Sequence record: SRR31156797_12355
Strand: one strand, 5' to 3'
Length of the DNA: 44,008 bases
How positions within the stretch are numbered: the first letter of the stretch is position 1; each line of letters opens with the position of its first letter. The notes under the pieces were generated by a model. The model did not search any database. It saw only the letters and a program-made list of their open reading frames with translations, and was not told the DNA's origin. The position numbers were made by a program, and so were the translations under genes. Shown piece after piece: positions 9,926-18,970 of this stretch.

Positions 9926-10637
9926 ATTTGCAAAATGGATCGCCGGTGGCTTAGGATGGGCATTTTTTGGACCAATAGGTGGTTTAATTGGCTTCGCAGC
10001 CGGAGCCTATTTGGAAAAAGATAGTGGCCAAAGTACGGCACAAAGATCCCGAACAACTACAGGTGGTTATGCTATGACACTGTTAGTACTTACTGCAGCT
10101 GTAATGAAAGCTGATGGTAAAGTATTAAAGTCAGAACTTGATTATGTCAAAAACTATTATTTAAGAGCATTTGGACCAGAAGCGGCTACAGAGGCTTTGA
10201 AAATGTTGCGCGATATACTAAAGCAAAACATCCCTTTGAATGAAGTTTGTGAGCAGGTTAGGGTGAACATGGACTACTCTTCAAAATTACAGTTACTCCA
10301 CTTCTTATATGGAATAGCGCAAGCTGACGGACATATTGATATTTCTGAAAAGAACATAATAGACCAAATTGGAATACGAATCGGATTAAGTGATAAAGAC
10401 CTTGGATCGGTAAGGTCAATGTTTGTACAGTCAACAAATTGGGCTTATGATGTATTAGAAATTGACACAAATGCTACTGATGATGAAGTTAAAAAAGCCT
10501 ATAGAAAAATGGCTGTAAAACACCATCCAGATAAGGTTTCACATTTAGGTGCGGATTTTCAGCGGAAAGCGAAAGAGAAGTTTCAAAAAATTTCAGAAGC
10601 ATTTGAAACCATTAAAAAAGAAAGAAATATAAAATAG
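9918..10637 (+). CDS. djlA: DjlA-like co-chaperone (TerB domain plus C-terminal J domain)
   Basis: N-terminal Gly-rich TM, VMKADG TerB-like motif, J domain with HPD; ATG at 9918 overlaps coaE end. Confidence 0.82.
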   Translation: MGKFAKWIAGGLGWAFFGPIGGLIGFAAGAYLEKDSGQSTAQRSRTTTGGYAMTLLVLTAAVMKADGKVLKSELDYVKNYYLRAFGPEAATEALKMLRDILKQNIPLNEVCEQVRVNMDYSSKLQLLHFLYGIAQADGHIDISEKNIIDQIGIRIGLSDKDLGSVRSMFVQSTNWAYDVLEIDTNATDDEVKKAYRKMAVKHHPDKVSHLGADFQRKAKEKFQKISEAFETIKKERNIK

Positions 10638-10723
10638 TTGTTTTTAGACCCTATTTTTTCTATACTTTCGAGATAAATATCTAGTGAGAATTTTATCTTT
10701 GTGAACGAAAAAAATTTGAAAAT

Positions 10724-11164
10724 ATGTTGAAAGATATTTTAGCAATCTCAGGAGAACCAGGACTTTACAAATTGGTTTCAAGAAACGCCAAAGGTGTAAT
10801 TATCGAAAATCTCGACACAAAAAAGCGTATGCCTTACTATAATGCAACTAAAATTAGTTCATTAGAAGATATCGCAATTTTTACTGAAGATGATGACAAA
10901 CCGTTAAACGAAATACTTCAGGCTATTAAAGATAAAGAAAACGGTGGTCCTTCAATAGATCATAAATCAGCAAAAGAAGATTTAATCTCTTATTTTAGAG
11001 AAGTAGTTCCTGATTATGATGAAGATAGAGTTTATACCAGTCACATTAAAAAGATAATAAACTGGTACAACATTCTGCAAAAAAATGAAATGATGGATTT
11101 TGAATCTACAGAAGCAGAAGATGACAATCAAGAATCTGATTCAGAAGAAACAAAAAAAGATTAA
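10724..11164 (+). CDS. DUF5606 family protein
   Basis: ILAISGEPGLY...ISSLEDIAIFT...VPDYDEDRVY.SHIKK..NWYN; TATCTTTG promoter element at 10694-10701. Confidence 0.8.
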   Translation: MLKDILAISGEPGLYKLVSRNAKGVIIENLDTKKRMPYYNATKISSLEDIAIFTEDDDKPLNEILQAIKDKENGGPSIDHKSAKEDLISYFREVVPDYDEDRVYTSHIKKIINWYNILQKNEMMDFESTEAEDDNQESDSEETKKD

Positions 11165-11180
11165 TTAATAATTGATACAT

Positions 11181-11210
11181 AAAAACTGTCTAATCAGGCA
11201 GTTTTTTTTT
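11181..11210 (+). terminator. Intrinsic terminator
   Basis: AAAAACTGTC-TAATCA-GGCAGTTTTT plus poly-T. Confidence 0.75.
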
Positions 11211-11217
11211 GAATTAA

Positions 11218-11249
11218 TTTGTATAATGAACATATGTTCATTATATTTG
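11218..11249 (+). promoter_or_regulatory. Bacteroidota promoter (-33 TTTG, -7 TATATTTG) with a perfect 24-bp palindromic operator
   Basis: TTTG 11218-11221; TATAATGAACAT|ATGTTCATTATA 11222-11245; TATATTTG 11242-11249 (20-nt spacer). Confidence 0.8.
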
Positions 11250-11268
11250 TAATGAAAAATAAACGAAT

Positions 11269-11583
11269 ATGGTAACTGCAATTACATCAAACGCACAATC
11301 AACATCGGCTCAGATAGACGAAAAATTTGGAAGGTGTTCATACTTTGCTATTCATAATCACAAAACAGGTGATACAAAATTTATAGAAAATCCTCATAAA
11401 AATAATAAAGGTGGTGTGGGTTCAAGTGTTGTTGAAATGCTTGCAAATGAGGATGTGACTCAAATAGTTGCTGTAGAATTTGGACCTAAAGCCAAAACGC
11501 TTTTAGAAAAATTAAAAATTCAAATGATTGTGCCTGAAGATAAAAACATTACGATTGAGAAAATACTAAGTAAAATTAAATAA
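11269..11583 (+). CDS. NifB/NifX family (FeMo-co-binding fold) protein
   Basis: FGRCSYF, ENP...GG.G, FGPKA motifs. Confidence 0.87.
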   Translation: MVTAITSNAQSTSAQIDEKFGRCSYFAIHNHKTGDTKFIENPHKNNKGGVGSSVVEMLANEDVTQIVAVEFGPKAKTLLEKLKIQMIVPEDKNITIEKILSKIK

Positions 11584-11593
11584 AGGAGGAACT

Positions 11594-11797
11594 ATGCCAG
11601 GCTTAAATCACAAAGGACCGGATGGTGAAGGTCCCAAAACAGGTAGAGGTTTAGGAAATTGTAATCCTAAATCTGACACAGTTAATGAAACTGAAGAATT
11701 GAATCCCAGAAGATTAGGCAGAATGGGTGGTCGCGGAAAAGGCAGAGGTATGGGAAATAACCGAAGCAATCGTCCAAGAAGAGGTAGAAACCTATAG
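11594..11797 (+). CDS. DUF5320 family small Gly/Arg-rich protein
   Basis: MPGLNHKGPDGEGPKTGRGLGNC N-terminus and RG-rich tail; usual partner of NifX-like genes. Confidence 0.8.
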   Translation: MPGLNHKGPDGEGPKTGRGLGNCNPKSDTVNETEELNPRRLGRMGGRGKGRGMGNNRSNRPRRGRNL

Positions 11798-11812
11798 TTG
11801 CTTTCATAAAAT

Positions 11813-11909
11813 AAAAGGCTGTTCTCTTTTCCTAAGAGGTTATTGCGTTATGAATAGTTAGGCACACAAGTTCATTTCATAGTTAAATATTGGGAGGACA
11901 GCCTTTTTT
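11813..11909 (+). ncRNA. Candidate structured RNA or long-loop terminator
   Basis: AAAAGGCTGTTCTC (11813-11826) pairs with GAGGACAGCCTTTT (11894-11907), then T-tract; about 67-nt enclosed region. Confidence 0.4.
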
Positions 11910-11962
11910 AGTATCCAATTTTAAATCAATATATTTCTTTAATCTAAATTGTATCACTCAAA

Positions 11963-12835
11963 GTGAAAAAAATAGTAATTGCTTCCGGTAAAGGAGGCAC
12001 GGGTAAAACCACCATATCAATTGGGCTACATCAACTTATCAAAACCAATATTAATCCCTCAACTATATTATATGATTTTGATGTAGAAGAGCCTAACGAT
12101 CTATTATTTTATAACGAGCTGGAACTTAAAAAATCATCAAGCATTACAGTTCCAATTCCAGAAATCAACGTTGAGAATTGCACTTTTTGTGGAAAATGTA
12201 AAGCAAATTGTCATTTTAATGCCATTACATTAATACCTAAAGCAAACATTGCAGAAGTATCCAAAGAATTATGTCATTCATGTGGAGCTTGTATTGTAGT
12301 TTGTAAAGACAAAGCCATTACAGAACTCCATCACCATATCGGAGAAATTAATGAATTTGGGGAAAATGGAAATATCGTACTTAAAGAAGGCCGTTTAGAA
12401 GTTGGCTTACCCCATCAAACAGCTTTAATTCGTCAAATAAAGAAATCACATATAGAAAATGATGAAATAGCTATATTTGATGCGCCTCCAGGAACAAGTT
12501 GCCCTGTAGTTAACACAGTTGAAGGAGCTGATTTTGTTATAGCAGTGGCAGAGCCCTCTCCTTTTGGCCTTAGCGACTTAAAACTACTTATTGAAGTATT
12601 ACGCGATATCAATATTCCTTTTGGTGTTGTAATTAACAAGGCAGATAATGACACGCAAAAAATGGAGCAATACCTTTCAGAAAAAGGTATTGATTTAATT
12701 TCAAAAATTCCGTTTGACAGAAATGTAGCCATAAGTTATTCAAAGGCAGATAAAGAAGAACTTTTCAAGTCACAAAAAATGGCTGAGGAGTTTCAAAATA
12801 TTTGGGATTTTGTGTCAAAGAAGATTAATCTGTAG
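11963..12835 (+). CDS. MinD/ParA-like P-loop ATPase with inserted 2x[4Fe-4S] ferredoxin domain
   Basis: ASGKGGTGKTT, DFDVEEPN, CTFCGKCKANC and CHSCGACIVVC, DAPPGTSCP; GTG start. Confidence 0.88.
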   Translation: MKKIVIASGKGGTGKTTISIGLHQLIKTNINPSTILYDFDVEEPNDLLFYNELELKKSSSITVPIPEINVENCTFCGKCKANCHFNAITLIPKANIAEVSKELCHSCGACIVVCKDKAITELHHHIGEINEFGENGNIVLKEGRLEVGLPHQTALIRQIKKSHIENDEIAIFDAPPGTSCPVVNTVEGADFVIAVAEPSPFGLSDLKLLIEVLRDINIPFGVVINKADNDTQKMEQYLSEKGIDLISKIPFDRNVAISYSKADKEELFKSQKMAEEFQNIWDFVSKKINL

Positions 12836-12840
12836 AAAAG

Positions 12841-13746
12841 ATGAAAGAAATTACCATTATAAGTGGAAAAGGAGGAGCTGGTAAAACAACTGTTACCGGA
12901 GCTATTGTAAATTTATTGCCAAATACAGTTATTACTGATTGCGATGTAGATGCTTCAGACCTTTATATAATATTACAACCTGAAGATATTGAACACCATG
13001 CATTTCCAGGGGGTGCTAAAGCTATAGTAAATAATAAATTATGCGTGAACTGCCGTAAATGTGTGAATGAATGTCGTTTTGATGCATTATTCTATAACGA
13101 TGAAAATATTTTAAAAGTCAATGAGTACTATTGTGAAGGATGCGGGCTATGTAAAAATATTTGTCCTGTAGATGCCATTGATATGGTTCAGGAATATAGC
13201 AATCATTGGTTTATTTCTAATACGAGGCATGGCAAAATGATACATGCAAAAATGAAACCAGGTGAAGAAAACTCCGGAAAGTTAGTTTCACAATTAAGAT
13301 CAGTAGCCAAAGAAATTGCCATTAATGAAAATGCCGATTTCGTAATAAATGATGGCCCCCCAGGAATAGGTTGCGCAGCTATTGCATCTGTTAGTGGAAC
13401 AGATCTGGTTATCATGGTAATAGAAGCTACATTAAGCGGTTTTCATGACTTTAAACGAGCTAAAGAGCTTGTGGAAAGTTTTAATACACCTATAGTTGGT
13501 ATCATTAACAAATCGGATATAAATCCAGAGTTAACCGAAGAAATAGAAGCTTTTTTACTAGATAATGAAATTCCATTGTTGGGTAAAATTCACTTTGACC
13601 GTGTTATGAAGGAAGCAACAAACAATGAGCTTTGTGTTCCGGAATTTATTAATGAACATCCCATCACAGCGACATTCCAAAATATTGTTAATAATCTGAA
13701 AGAAGAAAAAATCTATAAAAAGCAAGTGCGTCAAAAGGTAATTTAA
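12841..13746 (+). CDS. Second MinD/ParA-like ATPase with 2x[4Fe-4S] domain
   Basis: ISGKGGAGKTT, DCDVDA, CVNCRKCVNEC and CEGCGLCKNIC, GEENSGKLV, DGPPGIGC. Confidence 0.88.
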   Translation: MKEITIISGKGGAGKTTVTGAIVNLLPNTVITDCDVDASDLYIILQPEDIEHHAFPGGAKAIVNNKLCVNCRKCVNECRFDALFYNDENILKVNEYYCEGCGLCKNICPVDAIDMVQEYSNHWFISNTRHGKMIHAKMKPGEENSGKLVSQLRSVAKEIAINENADFVINDGPPGIGCAAIASVSGTDLVIMVIEATLSGFHDFKRAKELVESFNTPIVGIINKSDINPELTEEIEAFLLDNEIPLLGKIHFDRVMKEATNNELCVPEFINEHPITATFQNIVNNLKEEKIYKKQVRQKVI

Positions 13747-13763
13747 CTTGAGCTCACATAAAT

Positions 13764-14273
13764 TTAGAATGTTACCCTTAAACCTATACCTGAATCAGTT
13801 CCAACAAAACAGATTTTGTCTATTAGGTTTTTCTTTGGTAAATATGCGGTAGCAAGGCCTTCATTGTATACCTCCACTCCCATTTGTACTTTTTTCTTAC
13901 CTGTAGAGTATATTGGTATAGCTAATAGAGCAAGTCCACCACCAATACCTGCCACAAACCATTTCGGATCCTCAGCACCGCCTGCGGCAGAACCTAATGT
14001 ATACCCTATAAGGAAGCCTCCAACACCTGCAATAGCTGATCCGGTCTTTTGAAGTTTTTCTCCTTTAACAACCAGATTATATGCTTCACCATTTTCCCTT
14101 AATAATCCGTAAGCTTTTTCTTTAGAAATATTCCAAACACCTTTATAATATTTATTTTTAAAGGCTCCGTTTACGATTTTTAACTTATCAGATTTCTTCT
14201 GTGCATTTGTGATACCAGGTGCACCTAACAACAATAGCGCTATCAATAAAAGGAATAGTGTTTGAGCTCTCAT
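13764..14273 (-). CDS. Hypothetical exported or membrane protein
   Basis: Signal peptide, two Gly-rich hydrophobic segments, C-terminal GIGLRVTF; minus-strand TATATTTG just upstream. Confidence 0.7.
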   Translation of the reverse strand: MRAQTLFLLLIALLLLGAPGITNAQKKSDKLKIVNGAFKNKYYKGVWNISKEKAYGLLRENGEAYNLVVKGEKLQKTGSAIAGVGGFLIGYTLGSAAGGAEDPKWFVAGIGGGLALLAIPIYSTGKKKVQMGVEVYNEGLATAYLPKKNLIDKICFVGTDSGIGLRVTF

Positions 14274-14424
14274 AACAATTTAAATTTTTGCGACGGGCAA
14301 ATATAGTCTATTCATATTCATATTCCAAGTGACTAACTGCTCAATATATTAAATAAATTACTCTATTTTTGCAAGAAATATACATAACGCCTTTAAACAA
14401 CATTAACAAATAAATCTTGCTTTT

Positions 14425-15135
14425 ATGAAAAATATTTTTCTATTAATATTATTCGTAGGAATGTACGCTATATCAAATGGTCAAAACCTTCAATTGCACT
14501 ATGATTTTACCAAATCTAACAGTAAAGCAGAAAGTCGAGATTATATGACTGCCACTTTTGAGATGTTTAAGCCCGACAGCCTGGGTTCAACGTTTTGGTT
14601 TATTGATCTTGATTTTAATGGGCCACATCATGAGCCTAATCTAGCCTACATTGAGCTAGCCAGAGACTTTAAAATGTGGGAATTCCCTATTTCTCTTCAT
14701 GGCGAATATAATGGTGGATTTATGTATAATGGCAGAGGCGATTATGGTAGCCATTTTAGCAATATTCTAATTTTTGGAGTTTCCACTTCTTTTGAATTGG
14801 GTAATGTTTCAATTGGGACTTATGCCGGATATAAGTATGATGATTATCTGTCAAAAGAAGGTCCAAACTTTCAATGGACTGCCACCTGGTTTACGCTACT
14901 TTGGGACAAAAGAATTACACTTTCCGGCTTTCTGGATGTTTGGACACAAGATGATTTCAATGAATCGTTTGAACCTGATGGTAAAAAGGTTGTCATAATG
15001 ACTGAACCACAGGTGTGGTATAATTTCACAAAAGCATTTGCATTAGGTGGCGAAGTAGAGCTATCTCATAATTTTGTTTTTGGATCTAAAAAAATTGAAG
15101 CTTTCCCAACCATTGGAGCAAAAATTACATTCTAA
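14425..15135 (+). CDS. DUF5020 / Tsx-like outer-membrane nucleoside channel
   Basis: QNLQLHYDF, T.EMFKPD..GSTFWFID, EPQVWYN, GGEVELS, C-terminal F; upstream of a purine permease. Confidence 0.82.
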   Translation: MKNIFLLILFVGMYAISNGQNLQLHYDFTKSNSKAESRDYMTATFEMFKPDSLGSTFWFIDLDFNGPHHEPNLAYIELARDFKMWEFPISLHGEYNGGFMYNGRGDYGSHFSNILIFGVSTSFELGNVSIGTYAGYKYDDYLSKEGPNFQWTATWFTLLWDKRITLSGFLDVWTQDDFNESFEPDGKKVVIMTEPQVWYNFTKAFALGGEVELSHNFVFGSKKIEAFPTIGAKITF

Positions 15136-15145
15136 TCCTAATACT

Positions 15146-16441
15146 ATGTTTGATAAATTTTTTGAATTAAAAAAGAACAATACAACTATACGAACTGAAA
15201 TATTAGCCGGTATTACAACTTTCATGACCATGGCTTATATACTAGCTGTGAATCCTGATATTCTAAGTGTTACCGGAATGGATAAAGGTGCATTATTCAC
15301 GGCTACTGCTTTAGCTGCTGTTGCAGGAACCCTGGTTATGGCATTGGTGGCCAGGTTGCCCTTTGCACTGGCACCAGGTATGGGTCTAAATGCATTCTTT
15401 GCATTCACTGTAGTGAAAACGATGGGATATAGCTAGGAATTTGCATTAACAGCTGTATTCCTTGAAGGGATTATTTTTCTGATCCTCACTGCTTTTAATA
15501 TTCGGGAAATGATTGTAAATGCTATTCCCAATAACCTTAAACATGCAATAAGTGCAGGCATTGGTCTATTCATTGCATTTATTGGACTTTCAAATGCGGG
15601 TATTGTAGCTGATCATCCAGAAACTTTATTGACTCTAGGTGAAATGAGTAACCCAACAGTATGGATAGCAATTATAGGAATATTAATCACAGGATTGCTT
15701 TTTGCCCTCAAAGTTAAAGGAGCACTTTTACTAGGAATCCTAATATCAGCAACTATTGGCATACCCTTAGGTGTAACTATTATTCCGAATGACTATATAC
15801 TTGTGAGTTTACCACCTTCAATTTCTTCAATTGCATTCCAATTTGATTTCTCTCAGATATTTACAATAGATATGCTTATCGTGTTATTTACATTTCTTTT
15901 TGTAGATATGTTTGATACTGTAGGTACACTAATTGGGGTTGCCTCGAAAACCAATATGATTAAGAAAGATGGTAAGTTATTGAGAGCCAAGCAAGCGCTA
16001 TTCGCTGACAGCGTTGGAACAACAGTTGGTGCTATGCTTGGAACTAGTACTGTAACAACCTATGTTGAAAGTGCCTCAGGGGTTTCTGAAGGAGGAAGAA
16101 CAGGACTAACAGCATTAACAGTTGCCGGAATGTTTATACTAGCATTATTTTTAGGACCAATTTTTATTATGATACCAGCTGCTGCAACAGCTCCGGCTTT
16201 GGTAATAGTTGGATTATTCATGATGTCACCTATCCAAAAAATCGATTTAAAAGATTTTACAGAAGCTTTGCCGGCATTTTTAACAATAATCATTATGCCA
16301 CTCACTTACTCTATTGCAGAAGGTATCGTTTTTGGAATGATAAGCTATGTAGTACTTAAAATTGCAGCTAATAAACTGAAAGATATTTCATGGTTTATGT
16401 TTTTTCTTGCAGTGCTATTTGTACTCAAGTTTTTTCTATAA
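15146..16441 (+). pseudogene. NCS2/AzgA-like purine permease interrupted by an in-frame TAG at 15434-15436 (codon 97)
   Basis: One frame from ATG 15146 (EILAGITTFMTMAYILAVNP, APGMGLNAFF) through GYS*EFALTAVFLEG into DMFDTVGTL, YVESASGV..GGRTGLT; 431 codons if read through. Confidence 0.8.
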
Positions 16442-16463
16442 AAACCATTTGAAACATATATGA

Positions 16464-16498
16464 ATACCCTTCGAATATTTCGGAGGGTTATTTTTTTT
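16464..16498. terminator. Terminator between the convergent permease and kinase genes
   Basis: ACCCTTCGAA-TAT-TTCGGAGGGT followed by T-tract. Confidence 0.7.
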
Positions 16499-18845
16499 CA
16501 TTATTGGGTAATGGAATTGTAATCGTAAATGTTGTTCCTTTTAATTTATCACTACTGGCGTATATGGTGCCTTTTAAATGATTTACAAATTCGCGGCAAA
16601 TTAATAGCCCCAGACCGGTTCCTGATTCATTATTTGTACCTCTATTACTCTGTAAACTCTCTCCAAGATTAAATTTCCGAACCATTTCATCAGGCATACC
16701 TATGCCATTGTCAGTAATTGTTAATTGAGCCTTATTATTCATAAGCTTGGTAGCTGCTACTGTGACCTGACCTCCGTTCTCAGTAAATTTGATACTATTT
16801 GCAACTAAGTTTTGTAAAATGATTCTCATTAACGAAGCATCTGTAAAAATCAACATGTTCTCTTCAACTTGACTATTAAGCTTAATTTGCTTTTCTTCAG
16901 CCAATGGCAATAATGTTTTAAAAACCTCATTTACAATTAACGATACATCAGAAACAACCATATACAGCTTAATTTCACCGGATTGAGCTCTGGCCCAATT
17001 TAATAGATTGGTGAGCATGGTGTGCATTCCTTTCGATGAACTAAAAATATGCTTTAAGTACCGCTCTTGTTTCTCAGGAGTAAGCTTTTTGGCATCTTTT
17101 GATAATAGGATTTTTGAAAAACCAATGATCGTATTAAATGGTCCATGTAAATCATGTGAAATTACAGATAGCACTTTATCTTTAGTTTCATTTGTAGCTT
17201 TCAACTTTTCCCTTTGTTGATGAAGCTCTGTTATATCAAATCCGGATAAAATAGTTTCACCCATCTCAGTTTTAAATCCAGCCCAATTATGACATTGAAT
17301 TCCAGCCTGAGTCTTCACATCAATCTCTCTGAATTGACCATCTAATTCCTGTAATTTTTCAAGAAAGTTTTTATTGTTTGTTGTAGCGGGTACATACCTC
17401 AATAATGTAAATATTTTAATGCCTTTTCCAGGATGAATATTCAGAATTTTGTTAAATTCATTATTACGATATATGTTTTTACCTTTTTCATCAAACACCA
17501 ACAGCATCATTGGAACATTTTGGAAAATGGTTCTAAATCGCAATTCATTTTCATGACGCTTTTTCTCAGCATTTGACTTTTCTGAGATCATTTCATTAAT
17601 TGGGTCAAGTATTTCCTGGATATCTGTCAAGCTATAATCCTTAGAAACCAGCAACTTACCATTCTTTACGGCCAACCTTAGTTTAGAAATAAATATCTCA
17701 AAATTACGTGTGATTAATATTGAATTCTTTCTATTTAAATAAAAAATAGCAATGAGTACCAGCACAATCAATAAAACACCCAATCCACCCTTACGGAGCA
17801 TTCTGGTGTAAAGTAAGCTGCGTTCTTCTTTAATTTTCTCTTCAATCTCATCTATATAAACCCCAGCTCCAATCATCCATTGCCACTCATTTACACCTTT
17901 AATAAAAGATATTTTTGGCGCCAATTCATCTTTACCCGGTTTTTTCCAATGATATTTAATAAATCCACCTCCCGGTTTATTCACAGCTTTCCATTCTTCC
18001 TGGATAACTTTCACGCCATAAGGATCTTCTATTTCCCAAACTGTATCACCCTCCTTGTATTTATCAGAATCAATCACTACTGCTATACCATCAAATGTAT
18101 TTACAAATACATAACCGTGCTTCCCAAAACGAGTATGACGTATTCTTTGCTTTACATCTTCCTGAATATCTTTTTTAGTATCTATCAAATAATCGCCACA
18201 ACCCACATACAGGTTCAAAGATTTGAAAATTTTAACAAATGAAGTTTTTGCATATGCATTATCTGTATCAGAATCAGGTTTTCTCCAATATCCTTGTACA
18301 AAACCCTCTCCCTGCCCTTTCACGATATTAATTTCATCTTTGATGACATAATTATTCTTAGCATCTTTTAAATCCAAAAGATTTTGCCCCTCAAACTCTG
18401 GATGAACAGGATAAAGTAGTTCATTTCCTTCCAGCGAAACAATAAAAAAATAGCCTCTACCATTGTTAAATCTTATCGGCCTTAAGGCATCTTTGATATA
18501 TTTGATTATTTGTTGATTGGATACTTTTCCTTTGTTTGTGGTGTAAATATTATTTATTATGCTCCATGCCTCATATGTCCGTTTTTTCAGATTATCCTGC
18601 ATCCTTTTCTCCATGAATAACCGAGTAAAGTGGATGTAATCAATAACTTTTTCAACTTCAGATTTAACTTGTTGTTTCTTTAACTCTAAACCACTGTCTC
18701 GTGCTAGTTCTGCATCTTTATTGAATTCTCTAACCTCAAAAAATATAAAAATTGCTGCAACCATTAGGCCCAGAAAAATGCTAACCACAACAGTGTTATT
18801 GAAAAAGATCACACTTAATGACCTGGCATGCAGTTTTTTTGACAT
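16488..18845 (-). CDS. Sensor histidine kinase with two tandem Cache domains, PAS-like region, HisKA and HATPase
   Basis: Two repeats of GY.F....G / GF..Y/W.KP / K.SF.K; second TM; SHDL.GP H-box, NLVANSIKFT, DNGIG, GTGLGL. Confidence 0.87.
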   Translation of the reverse strand: MSKKLHARSLSVIFFNNTVVVSIFLGLMVAAIFIFFEVREFNKDAELARDSGLELKKQQVKSEVEKVIDYIHFTRLFMEKRMQDNLKKRTYEAWSIINNIYTTNKGKVSNQQIIKYIKDALRPIRFNNGRGYFFIVSLEGNELLYPVHPEFEGQNLLDLKDAKNNYVIKDEINIVKGQGEGFVQGYWRKPDSDTDNAYAKTSFVKIFKSLNLYVGCGDYLIDTKKDIQEDVKQRIRHTRFGKHGYVFVNTFDGIAVVIDSDKYKEGDTVWEIEDPYGVKVIQEEWKAVNKPGGGFIKYHWKKPGKDELAPKISFIKGVNEWQWMIGAGVYIDEIEEKIKEERSLLYTRMLRKGGLGVLLIVLVLIAIFYLNRKNSILITRNFEIFISKLRLAVKNGKLLVSKDYSLTDIQEILDPINEMISEKSNAEKKRHENELRFRTIFQNVPMMLLVFDEKGKNIYRNNEFNKILNIHPGKGIKIFTLLRYVPATTNNKNFLEKLQELDGQFREIDVKTQAGIQCHNWAGFKTEMGETILSGFDITELHQQREKLKATNETKDKVLSVISHDLHGPFNTIIGFSKILLSKDAKKLTPEKQERYLKHIFSSSKGMHTMLTNLLNWARAQSGEIKLYMVVSDVSLIVNEVFKTLLPLAEEKQIKLNSQVEENMLIFTDASLMRIILQNLVANSIKFTENGGQVTVAATKLMNNKAQLTITDNGIGMPDEMVRKFNLGESLQSNRGTNNESGTGLGLLICREFVNHLKGTIYASSDKLKGTTFTITIPLPNNEKK

Positions 18846-18970
18846 ATGACTTATTTAGACAATACTAGCTTCTGTAATTTAGGTGTGGAAAATTACAACA
18901 CTTTAATTATAAAAACAAGGGTGGAATCACCTATTATTAAAATATTATTAACATATTAGATGAATGACAT

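Noticed and set aside
11269-11583. Nitrogen fixation inferred from the NifX-like gene
   Set aside because: No nifHDK or nifEN in the window; the family is common in non-diazotrophic anaerobes.
14274-14424. Purine riboswitch upstream of the channel-permease operon
   Set aside because: No recognisable aptamer core or terminator; only divergent TAnnTTTG promoter elements are seen.
15074-15145. N-terminal extension of the permease from the TTG at 15074
   Set aside because: It overlaps the DUF5020 gene; family-like sequence starts at ATG 15146.
15434-15436. Genome-wide TAG reassignment or pyrrolysine insertion
   Set aside because: TAG is the normal stop of full-length genes here (ends at 10637, 11797, 12835 and queA). 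No pyl genes are visible, and the site corresponds to an expected Trp.
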